The notes under the pieces are model-generated. The model did not search any database, had not been told where the DNA came from, and saw nothing but the letters and a program-made list of their open reading frames with translations. 58,483 nucleotides of DNA. Origin: Chloroflexota bacterium. Its GTDB lineage: Bacteria; Chloroflexota; Anaerolineae; B4-G1; DUEL01. The stretch is from assembly GCA_011388675.1 (NCBI GenBank), contig DROW01000204.1:1-58483 (forward strand). Reading direction: 5' to 3'. Both the position numbers and the translations under genes were made by a program. Positions 1 to 9,293 of this stretch are shown here, piece by piece. Each line of letters begins with the position of its first letter. Positions within the stretch are counted from its first letter, which is position 1.

Positions 1-1063
1 CGCCGACCTTGTGCTGGGCCCAGTCGGGGTGGTACCAGTCCTTGTGTCCCAGGTCCACCCGCGCGCCGGTAACCCGCCAGTACTGCATCCCGGAGACGTG
101 GTCCTTCTTGTGGAACTCCCGGTAGTCGAAATCGCCGGGGTACCCCCAATCGGCCGACCAGACCTGCATCCCGGTCCGGTTGTTCCGCCCGATGACCGCC
201 ACCCCGGAGTGCTCCGCCTCCACCCCCGGCGTGGTGTTCACCACGTAGTAGGGCCGGTAGGTGGTTCGCGGGCGCTCCGGCCGCTCGAACTCCTCCAGCG
301 GGACCACGTAGTTCCGCCGGATAGCACCGTAGGGGCCGATCGCGTCCCCGGCCGCCTTCCCCACCGGCCGCCCGCCCTCGATGGTGTGCGTTTCGGCGAA
401 GAAGCAGCCCAGGCCCTCCGCCGCCAGGAAGGTCTCCAGCCCCGGACGCACCCGTCCGTCCTCCGTGATGTACGCGGGGCGGTAAGCACACTCGGGAAGC
501 CAGATCGCCTTCGGGGCGCGGCCGAAGTGGCGACGATAGGAGGAGACACCGGCCCTCAACTGCCCGCGGATGGCCTCGTCGGTCCCCAGAAGAGGGAGGT
601 AGCCGTGGGTGGCGGCCGAGGTGACGATCTCGATCACACCCGCATCCTGAAGCCGTCGGAAGCCGCCCAGCAAGTCCCGGCCGTACCACTCGCGGAACGA
701 GCGGAGGATGCCGGCGTACCAATCTCTGTAGAAGGTGGCCAGATAGGCCGCGTGAGGATTGCCCTCCTGCCGAAAACGAGGGATGTCCCCCTCGGCAGCA
801 GCCATCTTCTCCTCGACGTAGGCCTCAAAGTGATCTTTCACCAATGGATCGGCCAACTGCTCGCACAGGACAGGGGTGAGGCCCAAAGTGAGATGGACAG
901 GAAGCCCCTCCTCGTGCAGGTCGGTGAGGGCGTTGAGGAGGGGGATGTAGGTCTCAGCCATCGCCTCGTGCAACCACTCCTCCCCGTGAGGCCAGCGACC
1001 AGCCCGGCGGCAGTAAGGGAGGTGGCTGTGGAGGACGAAAGTGAACGCACCGAGAGGGGCCAT
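1..1063 (-). CDS. GH57-family 1,4-alpha-glucan branching enzyme, N-terminal ~354 codons (3' end lies outside the window)
   Basis: Absent from the ORF track because no stop falls inside the window. Reverse-complement translation from ATG 1063 gives MAPLGAFTFVLHSHLPYCRRAGRWPHGEEWLHEAMAETYIPLLNALTDLHEEGL... and stays open to position 1. The FVLHSHLPY/HGEEW N-terminus is typical of GH57 branching enzymes. This gene explains the antisense ORF 11..1102. Confidence 0.75.
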   Translation of the reverse strand, partial: MAPLGAFTFVLHSHLPYCRRAGRWPHGEEWLHEAMAETYIPLLNALTDLHEEGLPVHLTLGLTPVLCEQLADPLVKDHFEAYVEEKMAAAEGDIPRFRQEGNPHAAYLATFYRDWYAGILRSFREWYGRDLLGGFRRLQDAGVIEIVTSAATHGYLPLLGTDEAIRGQLRAGVSSYRRHFGRAPKAIWLPECAYRPAYITEDGRVRPGLETFLAAEGLGCFFAETHTIEGGRPVGKAAGDAIGPYGAIRRNYVVPLEEFERPERPRTTYRPYYVVNTTPGVEAEHSGVAVIGRNNRTGMQVWSADWGYPGDFDYREFHKKDHVSGMQYWRVTGARVDLGHKDWYHPDWAQHKVG

Positions 1064-1067
1064 CGCC

Positions 1068-1226
1068 CTACCTCTCCAACACGGCCACGGGAGTCCAAGT
1101 AGGAGTCGGCGTCACGCGGGGGGTGCGGGGAGTGAAAGAGACGAAGAGGCTGATCCCCATACTGAGGACGACCAACAGGCTGATGATCCACAAGGCCCGC
1201 TGATACCGTGACGGTTTTCGCTTCAT
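1068..1226 (-). CDS. small hypothetical membrane protein (52 aa)
   Basis: Internal ATG of ORF 1068..1328 gives MKRKPSRYQRALWIISLLVVLSMGISLFVSF... with one TM helix. An AAGAGGTG RBS lies 5 nt upstream. The stop is 4 nt before the GH57 start. Confidence 0.4.
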   Translation of the reverse strand: MKRKPSRYQRALWIISLLVVLSMGISLFVSFTPRTPRVTPTPTWTPVAVLER

Positions 1227-1450
1227 ATCGAACACCTCTTTGATCCCGAAGTCGCCACCTTGAGGCGACCTAGCATTATAACACACCGTTGGGGAAGCGC
1301 AACGGCTCCCCCGGAGCGGGTAGGGCAATCACATTTTTGCACGAATGGCTGTCGAGCCCTCCGTCCCGCTTCTTGCCACCCTCCCCGGTTGTGCTACAAT
1401 CCCCTCGTCGGAACGGCTGAACCTACAGCGATACTTTGAGAGGAGGGGGT

Positions 1451-3181
1451 ATGGACCTGCTTCAGCGGCTTGCCATTGCCCGTGGAGATGAACCGGCCGA
1501 CCTGGTGCTCAAGGGCGGACGGGTGGTCAACGTCTTTACCGGCGAGATCGTGGAGGCGGAGGTCGCGCTGGCCGGTGGGTGGATCGTCGGCGTGGGAGGC
1601 GGGTACGTCGGCCGCCAGGAGATCGATCTGAAAGGACGGTACATCTGCCCCGGCCTCATCGACGCCCACGTCCACATCGAATCCTCAATGGTCATCCCCT
1701 TCCAGTTCGCCCGCGCCGTCGTCCCGCGGGGCACGACCACCGTGGTCTGCGACCCCCACGAGATCGCCAACGTGGTCGGCGCGGAGGGGGTCCGATACAT
1801 CCTCGCCGCCTCCGAGGGGCTCCCGCTGACCGTCTACGTCAACCTCCCCTCCTGTGTCCCTGCCACGCCGATGGGCACGGCAGGGGCGGAATTGGGGGCG
1901 GACGACCTGCTGGCCCTGGCCGACCACCCCCGCGTCCTCGGCCTGGCGGAGATGATGAACGTGCCGGGGCTGGTCCTCGGCGTGCCGGACGTGGTGAAGA
2001 AGGTGGAGGCCTTCCAGGGCCGGGTCATCGACGGGCACGCGCCGGGTTTCGGTGGGAAGTGGCTCCAGGCCTACGTCGGCGCGGGGGTCGGCTCCGACCA
2101 CGAATGCACCACCGTCCCCGAGATGCTGGAGAAACTCCGGCTGGGGATGTACGTCTTCATCCGGGAGGCGACCGGGGCGAAGAACCTGCGGGACCTGCTC
2201 CCCGGCCTCACCCCTTACAACAGCCGCCGGTGCGCCTTCTGCACCGACGACCGCCACCCGGCCGACCTGCTGGACGAGGGACACATCGACCACCTGATCC
2301 GGCTGGCGGTGGCGGAGGGGCTGGACCCGCTGACGGCGATCCGGATGGCGACCCTCAACGCGGCCGAGTACTTCCGGCTGTACGACCGGGGGGCGGTCGC
2401 GCCGGGGAAGCGAGCCGACCTGGTGGTCTTTTCCGACCTGAAGAACTTCCGCGCGGAGATGGTCTTCGCCGCCGGTCGGCTGGTGGCGCAGGCCGGCGAG
2501 CCGGTGGGGGAGTGGGCGGAGCCCCAGGCGGACGACACGGCCGTCCGTGGTACGGTCCACGTGGATTGGGACCACCTCCGCTTCGACATCCCGGCCCCCG
2601 ATCCCGCTGCCGGTTCCGTGCGCGTGCGGGTCATCGGCATCGTGCCCGACCAGATCACCACCGAGCACCTGGTCGAAGACCTGCCGGTGCAGGGTGGGCA
2701 GGTCGTGGCGGATGTGGAGCGGGACCTGCTGAAGATCGCTGTGATCGAGCGGCACCGCGGGACCGGCAACGTGGGCCTGGGGTTCGTCCACGGGCTGGGG
2801 CTGAAGCGGGGCGCGCTGGCTGGCAGCGTCGGCCACGATGCCCACAACCTGATCGTCGCCGGGTGCGACGACGCCTCGATGATGACCGCCGCGCGGGCCG
2901 TGGCGGACCTGGGCGGAGGGCTGGTCGCCGCCGCGGGCGACGAGGTCCTGGCCTCCGTCCCCCTCCCCGTCGCCGGCCTGATGTCCGATCAGCCCGTCGA
3001 GACGGTCCGCCACCAGATGGACCGGCTGATCGAGGCGGCCCGGTCGCTGGGGTCCCCCCTGCACGACCCCTTTATGACGCTGGGCTTCCTCGCCCTGGAG
3101 GTCATCCCCGCCCTGCGGCTGACCGACCAGGGGCTGGTGGACGTGGAGAAGTTCGACTTCGTCCCGTTGTTTGCGGGGTGA
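1451..3181 (+). CDS. ade: adenine deaminase
   Basis: MDLLQRLAIARGDEPADLVLKGGRVVNVFTGEI...CPGLIDAHVHIESS (amidohydrolase HxH) at full adenine-deaminase length. GGAGG lies 6 nt before ATG 1451; the track start at 1436 is a TTG. Confidence 0.9.
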   Translation: MDLLQRLAIARGDEPADLVLKGGRVVNVFTGEIVEAEVALAGGWIVGVGGGYVGRQEIDLKGRYICPGLIDAHVHIESSMVIPFQFARAVVPRGTTTVVCDPHEIANVVGAEGVRYILAASEGLPLTVYVNLPSCVPATPMGTAGAELGADDLLALADHPRVLGLAEMMNVPGLVLGVPDVVKKVEAFQGRVIDGHAPGFGGKWLQAYVGAGVGSDHECTTVPEMLEKLRLGMYVFIREATGAKNLRDLLPGLTPYNSRRCAFCTDDRHPADLLDEGHIDHLIRLAVAEGLDPLTAIRMATLNAAEYFRLYDRGAVAPGKRADLVVFSDLKNFRAEMVFAAGRLVAQAGEPVGEWAEPQADDTAVRGTVHVDWDHLRFDIPAPDPAAGSVRVRVIGIVPDQITTEHLVEDLPVQGGQVVADVERDLLKIAVIERHRGTGNVGLGFVHGLGLKRGALAGSVGHDAHNLIVAGCDDASMMTAARAVADLGGGLVAAAGDEVLASVPLPVAGLMSDQPVETVRHQMDRLIEAARSLGSPLHDPFMTLGFLALEVIPALRLTDQGLVDVEKFDFVPLFAG

Positions 3182-3196
3182 GATAGGGTTTTTCTA

Positions 3197-3267
3197 CCAC
3201 AGAGACACAGAGGGCACAGAGGACGCTCTATTCTTGAGAAAACTCTGTGTCCTCCGTGTCTCTGTGG
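3197..3267. repeat. palindromic intergenic element, copy 1 (CCACAGAGACACAGAGGGCACAGAG ... CTCTGTGTCCTCCGTGTCTCTGTGG)
   Basis: Two 25-nt arms are reverse complements at 23/25 positions around a ~20-nt loop. It lies between the convergent stops of ade (3181) and the hydantoinase gene (3273). Confidence 0.85.
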
Positions 3268-3272
3268 TTAAG

Positions 3273-4649
3273 CTACCCGCGGCGGGGGATGAACTGGCCT
3301 CGGCCCTTGCGCCCGAGGAACCGTCCCTCCCGGTAGATGACCTGCCCGCGGGAGAGGGTGGCCTTGACCTCCCCCTGGACGCGCATTCCTTCGTAGGGGG
3401 TGTAGCCCGCCAGGTAGTGGAGGTCCTCCGTGCGGACGCTCTTCTCCGGCCGCGGGTCGTACACGACGATGTCCGCGTCGGCCCCGGGGAGGAGGTTCCC
3501 CTTCCGGGGCCACAGCCCCCAGACGCGGGCCGGATTGGCGGAGAGCAGCCCGGCCAGTTGGGGCAGGGTGAGCCGCCCCTCGGCGACCCCGTAGGTGTAC
3601 ATCAGGGGCAGCAACGTCTCCAATCCCGGCAGTCCCCCCGGCGTGCGGGTGAAATCGTCCTGAGCGACCTTCTGGTCCTTTGTGTAGTCGCAATGATCGG
3701 TGGCGATGAGGTCCACCGCACCCGCCTCCACCAGTGCCCAGAGGGCGGCCGGCTCCTCCGGGTCGCGGAGTGGCGGCTGGAGGATGTACCGCCACGGCTC
3801 AGGCCCCTCGTAGGCCGTGTTGTCCAGCAGAAGATACTGAGGGCAAGTCTCGCAGGTGACCTCCTGGCCGTTATCGCGCGCCTCGGCGACCAGGGCGACG
3901 GAGCGGGCGGTGGAGCAGTGGCAGATGTGGACGGGGCACCCGGCGGCCTCGGCGAGGAAGAGGATGCGTTGGACAGCCTCCTGCTCGGCGAGGGCCGGGC
4001 GGGATTGACCGTGGAACCGCCAGCCGATCTGGCCGGCGTCGACCAGCGCCTGGGTCTGGGCGGTGACCAGGTCGTCGTTCTCGCAGTGGATGAGGGGGCG
4101 GATCCCCAGGTCGGCGGCGGCGGTCAGCAACCGGAGGATGGTGGCGTCGTCGGCGTAGTAGTTGGGCCGGTAGGTGGTGTACAGTTTGATGCTCGGCGTG
4201 CCCAGGTCCACCAGATCGGCCAGTTCCCCCTCCCGGCCGGGAGGGAGATCGGTGACCATCACGTGGAAGGCGTAGTCGATGACCGCGTCTTCGGCTTCCC
4301 TCAACCGGTTCTCCACCGCCTCACGGAGGGTCTGACCGGGGAACTGAGTGGCGAAATCCACCACCGTGGTCACCCCGCCGCAGGCCGCGGCCCGCGTGCC
4401 GATGAACCAGTCGTCGGGGGTCTGGTAGATGCCCGTGTCGAGGGCGATGTGGACGTGGGCGTCGATCACGCCGGGCAGCACGATGCAGCCCTCGGCGTCG
4501 ATGACCTGCGTGTCGTGGGCCAGGGGCAGATTGCGGCCAATGGCCTTGACCCGCTCCCCCTGCACCAGCAGGTCCGCTTCCAGTGTTCCCTCCGGCAGGA
4601 CCAACGTTCCGCCTCGGATCAACAGCGTCGCAGTCGAGGTTCGTCTCAC
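3273..4649 (-). CDS. D-hydantoinase/dihydropyrimidinase (cyclic amidohydrolase)
   Basis: LPGVIDAHVHI, GTPSIKLYTTY (carbamyl-Lys region), LIHCEND and IATDHCDY. GTG start with GAGGAGG 7 nt upstream. Confidence 0.85.
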   Translation of the reverse strand: MRRTSTATLLIRGGTLVLPEGTLEADLLVQGERVKAIGRNLPLAHDTQVIDAEGCIVLPGVIDAHVHIALDTGIYQTPDDWFIGTRAAACGGVTTVVDFATQFPGQTLREAVENRLREAEDAVIDYAFHVMVTDLPPGREGELADLVDLGTPSIKLYTTYRPNYYADDATILRLLTAAADLGIRPLIHCENDDLVTAQTQALVDAGQIGWRFHGQSRPALAEQEAVQRILFLAEAAGCPVHICHCSTARSVALVAEARDNGQEVTCETCPQYLLLDNTAYEGPEPWRYILQPPLRDPEEPAALWALVEAGAVDLIATDHCDYTKDQKVAQDDFTRTPGGLPGLETLLPLMYTYGVAEGRLTLPQLAGLLSANPARVWGLWPRKGNLLPGADADIVVYDPRPEKSVRTEDLHYLAGYTPYEGMRVQGEVKATLSRGQVIYREGRFLGRKGRGQFIPRRG

Positions 4650-4887
4650 CGTGCGACCTCCTCTCGTTTTTCGTCCCGGGCTTCCTGCCCTGTGGCGTAC
4701 TCAATGATACACCCGAAAGGCCGTTTTGAGAACCGAAGCACCCGCGCTGACTGTTCAGATCGCCCATCTTGAGGTATACTTATCATTCGCCGTTTCTTTC
4801 CCCAATCGCCTGCACGGGGCTTGCAAGAATCAGCGGGGGAGGAGAACGAACCCGCGTGCTCAGTGTGGACCCGGTTAGGAGGTCATT

Positions 4888-5271
4888 ATGAAGAAGTTGT
4901 TGATCCGGTGGATTATCTCCGCCTTGTCCCTTTTCGTCGCCGCCTGGCTGCTGCCTGGGATCGAGGTAAGCGGTACGGCGTGGGTGGCCTACGCCGTGAT
5001 GGCCGTCGTGTTGGGGTTCGCCAACGCGGTGATCCGCCCCATCCTCAAGTTCCTCACCTGTCCCCTGATCATCCTCACCCTGGGCCTCTTCACCCTGGTC
5101 ATCAACGGAGTGGTGCTGTGGCTTTCCGCCGAACTGTCCACCTGGCTGGCCCACGCGCTGGACCTGGGGGTCGGCTATCACATTCGGGATTTCTGGTCGG
5201 CCCTGTTGGGGGCCATCATCGTCAGTGTTGTCACGGTGATCCTGTCGGCGCTGTTCGTGGATGAGGACTGA
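4888..5271 (+). CDS. DUF360 / holin superfamily-IV-like 4-TM membrane protein
   Basis: MKKLLIRWIISALSLFVAAWLLPGIEV...ANAVIRPILKFLTCPLIILTLGLFTLVINGVVLWL is typical of the family. AGGAGG RBS. Confidence 0.8.
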   Translation: MKKLLIRWIISALSLFVAAWLLPGIEVSGTAWVAYAVMAVVLGFANAVIRPILKFLTCPLIILTLGLFTLVINGVVLWLSAELSTWLAHALDLGVGYHIRDFWSALLGAIIVSVVTVILSALFVDED

Positions 5272-5276
5272 CCCTT

Positions 5277-6644
5277 ATGTCGCAGAGCACGACGACGGCC
5301 CCGGTGGACATCGACGCGGTCCTCGCAGAGGTCCGAGCCGCCCTCGCCGAGGGGGACTGGGAACGGGCGGTCACCCTGATCGAATCGCTCCGTCCGCCGG
5401 ACCAGGCGGACGTCTTTGAGGAACTGCCGCCCGAGGCACAGGACCAGTTGCTGCCCCGCCTCGACCTGGAGGACTCCGCCGACATCCTAGAGGAGTTGGA
5501 GGAGGAGGACGCGGCCGAGGTCGCCGCGCGGCTGAAGGTGGCCGACCTGGCCCGCATCCTGGACGAGATGGAGCCGGACGAGGCGGCCGACCTCCTGGGC
5601 GACATCCCGCCGGAGCGGGCAGCGAAAGCCCTGGCGAAGATGGAGGAGGCGGAGGAGGTCCGCCCCCTCCTGGCCCACGCCGACGACACCGCCGGCGGAT
5701 TGATGACCTCGGCAGAGGTCCTTCTGCACAAGGATATGACCGCCGAGGAAGCCATCGCCTACCTCCGCTCCATCGCCCCGGACACGGAGACGGTCTATTA
5801 CCTTTTCGTCGTGGACGAGGATATGCGGTTGGTGGGCGTGGTCTCCCTGCGCCAGTTGGTGATCGCGCCGCCGGATGCCCGCATCGAGGAGATTATGGAC
5901 CCGGACGTCATCCACGTGCGGGCGGACGCCGATCAGGAGGAAGCGGCCCGGCTGATGAGCCGGTACGACCTCCTGGCCCTGCCCGTCGTGGACGAGGACG
6001 GCCGCCTCCTGGGCCTCATCACCCACGACGACCTGGTCGAAGTGCTGGAAGAGGAGGCGACGGAGGACATCTACCGCCTGGGCGGTGTGCCCGAGGAGCA
6101 GCCGATCGACGTGCCGGTCCCTGCCGCCCTGCGCACGCGGTTGCCCTGGCTGGTGTTGAATCTGGGCACGGCAATGGCCTCCGCCACCGTCCTCAGTGTA
6201 TTTGAGAGCACCATCGCCCGGATAGCCGCCCTGGCCGCTTTCTTCCCCATCGTCGCCGGCGTCAGCGGCAGTGCGGGGACCCAGACCCTTACCGTCATCG
6301 TGCGGGGGCTGGCGTTGGGGGAACTGGATCCCAGGGATGGCCTCCGGGCACTGGCCCGAGAGGTCCTCATCGGCCTGGCCAACGGGCTGGTCGTCGGGGG
6401 CCTCGTCGCTTTGATCGCGGCGGTTTGGAAGGGAACGCCGGCACTGGGGCTCGTCGTCGGGCTTGCGACCCTGCTGAATATGCTGAGCGCGGGCATCGCT
6501 GGCGTGCTGGTTCCCCTGGGGATGCAGATCCTGCGCATAGATCCTGCGCTGGCCTCGCCCATCCTGGTCACGACGATCACCGACACAATGGGGTACCTCA
6601 TTTATCTGGGCCTGGCCACCGCGACCCTGACAAGGTTCTCGTGA
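5277..6644 (+). CDS. mgtE: magnesium transporter MgtE
   Basis: Acidic N-domain, tandem CBS ([34 protein letters not shown]) and a C-terminal 5-TM channel domain. Confidence 0.9.
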   Translation: MSQSTTTAPVDIDAVLAEVRAALAEGDWERAVTLIESLRPPDQADVFEELPPEAQDQLLPRLDLEDSADILEELEEEDAAEVAARLKVADLARILDEMEPDEAADLLGDIPPERAAKALAKMEEAEEVRPLLAHADDTAGGLMTSAEVLLHKDMTAEEAIAYLRSIAPDTETVYYLFVVDEDMRLVGVVSLRQLVIAPPDARIEEIMDPDVIHVRADADQEEAARLMSRYDLLALPVVDEDGRLLGLITHDDLVEVLEEEATEDIYRLGGVPEEQPIDVPVPAALRTRLPWLVLNLGTAMASATVLSVFESTIARIAALAAFFPIVAGVSGSAGTQTLTVIVRGLALGELDPRDGLRALAREVLIGLANGLVVGGLVALIAAVWKGTPALGLVVGLATLLNMLSAGIAGVLVPLGMQILRIDPALASPILVTTITDTMGYLIYLGLATATLTRFS

Positions 6645-7777
6645 TGTACCCGCCGTCCTTCACCCTCGTTCGCTCGCAGGAGCAACTGACGACCCTTTTA
6701 GAGCGACTTCTCTCCCGTCCCACCGTCGCCGTGGACACCGAGTCCAATTCTCTCTACGCCTACCACGAGCGGGTCTGTCTGATCCAGTTCTCCACGGAGG
6801 AGGCCGACTTCATCGTGGACCCTCTGGCGGGAATCGACCTGAGCCCGCTGGGGGACCTGTTCGCGAACCCGACCATCCAGAAGGTCTTCCACGCCGCCGA
6901 GCAGGACGTCGCCAACCTGAAGCGGGACTTCGGCTTCCGCTTCGCCAACCTGTTCGACACGATGTGGGCCGCCCGCATCCTGGGCTGGCCGCGGGTCGGC
7001 CTGGCGGACGTCCTGGAGGAGACGTTCGGCGTGCACACCGACAAGCGGTATCAGCGGTACAACTGGGGCAAGCGCCCTCTCCCACCGGAGGCTCTGAGGT
7101 ACGCCAGCCGGGACACCCATTACCTGCTGCCGCTGCGGGACCTGCAGGCAGAGGCGCTGGAGAGGAGCGGGCGGATGGAGGAGGCGGGGGAGGTGTTCGC
7201 TCAGTTGGCCGAGACGGGGCCTGCCTCCAATCCGTTCGGCCCGTCCGCTTTCTGGCGGCTCAAGGGATTGGACGACCTCCCACCGCGGGAGCGCGCCGTC
7301 CTCTACGAGTTGTTCCTCTGGCGGGACCGGGAGGCCGCCCGGCGGGACGTGCCTCCCTTCCGGGTGATGGGGGAGCGAACGATGCGAATCCTGGCCCACC
7401 TCCGGCCGCACACCCTCGACGATCTCTCGCGCGTGCGCGCGCTGCGTCCGAAAACCCTGCACCGCTACGGGGAGGCCATCCTGGAGGCCATCGCCCGTGG
7501 GGAGCGAAGGCCCCCCCCGGAGCCCCCGCCCTCCCCGCCGCCGCCTGCCGAACCGGTCCTGCAACGATACCACGCCCTCCGCGCCTGGCGGCGGGAGGTC
7601 GCTGCCCGGCGAGGGGTGGAGAACGACGTCGTGCTGCCCAACGCGGTGCTGTGGGCCCTGGCGGAGCGCAATCCGACCTCGCTGGGCGAACTGGCGGACG
7701 TCCCGGGCCTCGGCCCGTGGAAGCGCAAGACCTACGGCCCGGCGATCCTGGAAGTTCTCGCAACCAGCGATCGATAA
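6644..7777 (+). CDS. rnd: ribonuclease D (DEDD 3'-5' exonuclease + HRDC)
   Basis: [33 protein letters not shown] and two HRDC-like segments. ATG 6644 overlaps the mgtE TGA; the track ORF 6425.. is an upstream extension. Confidence 0.8.
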   Translation: MYPPSFTLVRSQEQLTTLLERLLSRPTVAVDTESNSLYAYHERVCLIQFSTEEADFIVDPLAGIDLSPLGDLFANPTIQKVFHAAEQDVANLKRDFGFRFANLFDTMWAARILGWPRVGLADVLEETFGVHTDKRYQRYNWGKRPLPPEALRYASRDTHYLLPLRDLQAEALERSGRMEEAGEVFAQLAETGPASNPFGPSAFWRLKGLDDLPPRERAVLYELFLWRDREAARRDVPPFRVMGERTMRILAHLRPHTLDDLSRVRALRPKTLHRYGEAILEAIARGERRPPPEPPPSPPPPAEPVLQRYHALRAWRREVAARRGVENDVVLPNAVLWALAERNPTSLGELADVPGLGPWKRKTYGPAILEVLATSDR

Positions 7778-7809
7778 CCAGCAACCGGTTTTCAGGGGGG
7801 ACATTCGTC

Positions 7810-8599
7810 GTGAAGATCAAGTTCCTGGGCGCAACCCAGACCGTTACCGGCTCTCAGCATCTGATCTCGGTCAACGGGAGCCGGATCCTCCTGGAGTGCG
7901 GGCTTTTCCAGGGGCGGCGGAGGGAGAGTTATGAGCGGAACCGCCGCCGTCGGCCGCACGCAGGAGATCGTCTACGCGCTACACCGGCTCCACCTAGCCG
8001 GTCAGATCCCCGACGTGCCCATCTTCGTGGACAGCCCTCTGGCGGTGGACGTGACCGAGATCTTCCGCCTCCACCCCGAGTGTTACGACGAGGACCTGCA
8101 GGACTTCATCGCCCGGGACCGACATCCCGACCCCTTCGGCTTCGACCGGCTGCGGTACATCCGGAACGTGGAGGATTCCAAAGCGCTCAACGATCTGGAG
8201 GGGCCGGCGGTGATCATCAGCGCGTCCGGGATGTGCGAGCACGGCCGGGTCCTCCACCACCTCAAGCACACCCTCTGGAGCCCCCGCAACGCGGTGCTGA
8301 TTGTGGGGTGGCAAGCCCCCAACACCCTGGGTCGCCGGTTGGTGGAGGGTCACAAGAGCGTGCGCGTCCTCGGCGAGGAGGTCCCGGTGCGGGCGCGGGT
8401 GGAGGTGATCAACGGCTACTCCGCCCACGCCGACCGGGCCGCCCTCCTGGCCTGGGCCCGGCCCATCCTGCGCCGCTTGCAACGGGTCTTCGTCGTCCAC
8501 GGCGATCCGAAGCCGGCCGCCGCCCTGGCTGAGGGGCTGCGGGAGGCCGGGGCGAAGTGGGTGGCGATCCCCGCCGAGGGCGACTCTTTCGAAATGTAG
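7810..8599 (+). pseudogene. beta-CASP / metallo-beta-lactamase RNase with internal deletion and frameshift
   Basis: GTG 7810 gives [44 protein letters not shown], a typical beta-CASP N-terminus; that frame then turns R/P-rich. A different frame (ATG 7931) carries [14 protein letters not shown]...[11 protein letters not shown]...VVHGD. The HxHxDH MBL core expected between them is missing. Confidence 0.6.
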
Positions 8600-8615
8600 C
8601 GCAGAGGAGGTGAGA

Positions 8616-9161
8616 ATGCCCACGATGAATCTCTGGAAGGAACTCCCGCCGGGGCCGGACGTGCCTCGGGTCATCTACGTGGTGGTCGAGATCCCCAAGC
8701 GATCGCGGAACAAGTACGAGTACGACGAACAGGGCGGTTTTATCAAATTGGACCGCGTCCTCTACTCCTCACTCCACTATCCAGGCGACTACGGCTTCAT
8801 CCCCCGCACCCTCCACGACGACGGCGACCCGCTGGACGTGCTGGTGATGACCAACGAACCGACCTTCGCCGGGTGCGTCATCGAGGCCCGGCCGTTGGGG
8901 ATCTTCCACCTGGAGGACAAGGGGAAGTTGGACGACAAGATCCTCGCCGTCCCCCACACCGACCCCCTGTTCGACGATTTCCACACCCTGAAAGACGTGC
9001 CCGCCCACTTCCTGGAGGAGGTGACCCACTTCTTCAGCGTGTACAAGGACCTGGAACAGGCGGAGACGAAACCTCGAGGATGGGAAGGAGTGAAGCGGGC
9101 CTACGAGGAGATCGAGCGGGCGATCGAGATGTACGTCCGCCTGCTGCGGACGGAGAGATAG
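8616..9161 (+). CDS. ppa: inorganic pyrophosphatase (family I)
   Basis: EIPKRSRNKYEYD, YPGDYGFIPRT and DGDPLDVLV. GAGGAGG lies 6 nt before ATG 8616; the track start at 8610 is a GTG. Confidence 0.9.
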   Translation: MPTMNLWKELPPGPDVPRVIYVVVEIPKRSRNKYEYDEQGGFIKLDRVLYSSLHYPGDYGFIPRTLHDDGDPLDVLVMTNEPTFAGCVIEARPLGIFHLEDKGKLDDKILAVPHTDPLFDDFHTLKDVPAHFLEEVTHFFSVYKDLEQAETKPRGWEGVKRAYEEIERAIEMYVRLLRTER

Positions 9162-9189
9162 GGTAACGGTCACCCACAAAAAGAAAACA

Positions 9190-9243
9190 CCACAGAGACA
9201 CGGGGAGCACAGAGGAATCTCTGTGCCCCCCGTGCCTCCGCGG
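9190..9243. repeat. palindromic intergenic element, copy 2 (short loop, degenerate right arm)
   Basis: CCACAGAGACACGGGGAGCACAGAG-gaat-CTCTGTGCCCCCCGTGCCTCCGCGG, between the convergent stops of ppa (9161) and the cohesin gene (9294). Confidence 0.7.
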
Positions 9244-9293
9244 TGAAACCGTGGAAGTCCTGTCCCCCCAAAGGCGACCGTCACCAGACCGCG

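Noticed and set aside
11-1102. 363-aa plus-strand ORF at the left edge of the window
   Set aside because: It is rich in R/P/G/V/H with no recognisable family. It is the antisense shadow of the GH57 branching-enzyme gene on the minus strand, whose translation is motif-rich. That gene is missing from the track only because its stop lies outside the window.
1579-3186. 535-aa (+) and 459-aa (-, 1685..3064) ORFs overlapping the adenine deaminase gene
   Set aside because: Their Arg/Pro/Gly-dominated low-complexity translations are typical of off-frame ORFs in high-GC DNA. The ade frame has the clear amidohydrolase motifs.
4650-4887. M-box (Mg2+) riboswitch upstream of the DUF360-mgtE pair
   Set aside because: I could not find the GTTAGGTGAGGC-type core or the other M-box conserved blocks in the 238-bp leader. 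mgtE itself starts only 6 nt after the DUF360 gene.
4888-5271. The holin-family label as evidence for a prophage or lysis cassette
   Set aside because: No endolysin, terminase, capsid or integrase gene is nearby. DUF360 proteins are common chromosomal membrane proteins, and this one is operonic with mgtE.
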